The position numbers and the translations under genes were made by a program. From Octopus sinensis (taxonomy: Eukaryota): a DNA stretch of 64,000 bases. How positions within the stretch are numbered: position 1 is the stretch's first letter; each line of letters opens with the position of its first letter. Below are positions 63,804 to 64,000 of this stretch, one piece after another. The notes beneath the pieces were generated by a model that ran no database searches, had not been told where the DNA came from, and worked only from the letters and a program-made list of their open reading frames with translations. Location of the stretch: NCBI RefSeq assembly GCF_006345805.1, contig NC_043008.1, positions 52,948,001 through 53,012,000 on the forward strand. Reading direction: 5' to 3'.

Positions 63804-64000
63804 TTGTCGATCGCTATTACTGCCTGTTCGATGTTATTGCAGCTGTTGTCTTCCAGCAAAGTCCACTGCAGCTGACACTGATGCAATATAGCGACATATT
63901 GTGGCATTGCATTGCATGATTGAATGATTAGGAAGCAAACACAAGGTCACGCGTTGGATCCCACTGCGTGGCATCTTGGGTATTGACAATTACTTCAGTC
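63804..64000 (+). repeat. Direct duplication, copy 2 (copy 1 at 56574-56770)
   Basis: See copy 1. Confidence 0.95.

Overview
AT-rich, repeat-dense animal genomic DNA, most likely an octopus. This is inferred from the tRNA-derived SINE families, the abundant TA/CA/CATA/AAT microsatellites and a cuttlefish-like H2A, and needs BLAST confirmation. There is one 100-N assembly gap (43172-43271). Two protein-coding units are well supported. (1) Four intronless replication-type core histone genes form two divergent pairs (<-H3 H4-> at 1.5-2.5 kb; <-H2A H2B-> at 8.8-9.9 kb), each with a 16-nt 3' stem-loop; no H1 is visible. (2) A minus-strand gene encodes a protein of about 2000 aa with two six-Cys chitin-binding (peritrophin-A/CBM14) domains and a roughly 1750-aa Asn/Ser/Thr-rich tail on one 5.5-kb exon; its first (signal-peptide) exon is not securely located. 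The rest is SINEs, CR1/L2-, RTE- and Penelope-type retroelement fragments, Tc1/mariner and MITE-like pieces, and microsatellites; most short ORFs in the track are microsatellite or repeat artefacts. Two patterns stand out beyond the annotation. First, several short elements that abut (TA)n tracts carry minimal type-I hammerhead-ribozyme-like folds and/or terminal inverted duplications, resembling Penelope pseudo-LTRs or retrozymes. Second, there is an unusual density of long inverted repeats and near-perfect palindromes, including one just upstream of a splice acceptor of the chitin-binding gene. All alignments and folds were done by eye; repeat boundaries are approximate unless stated as exact.
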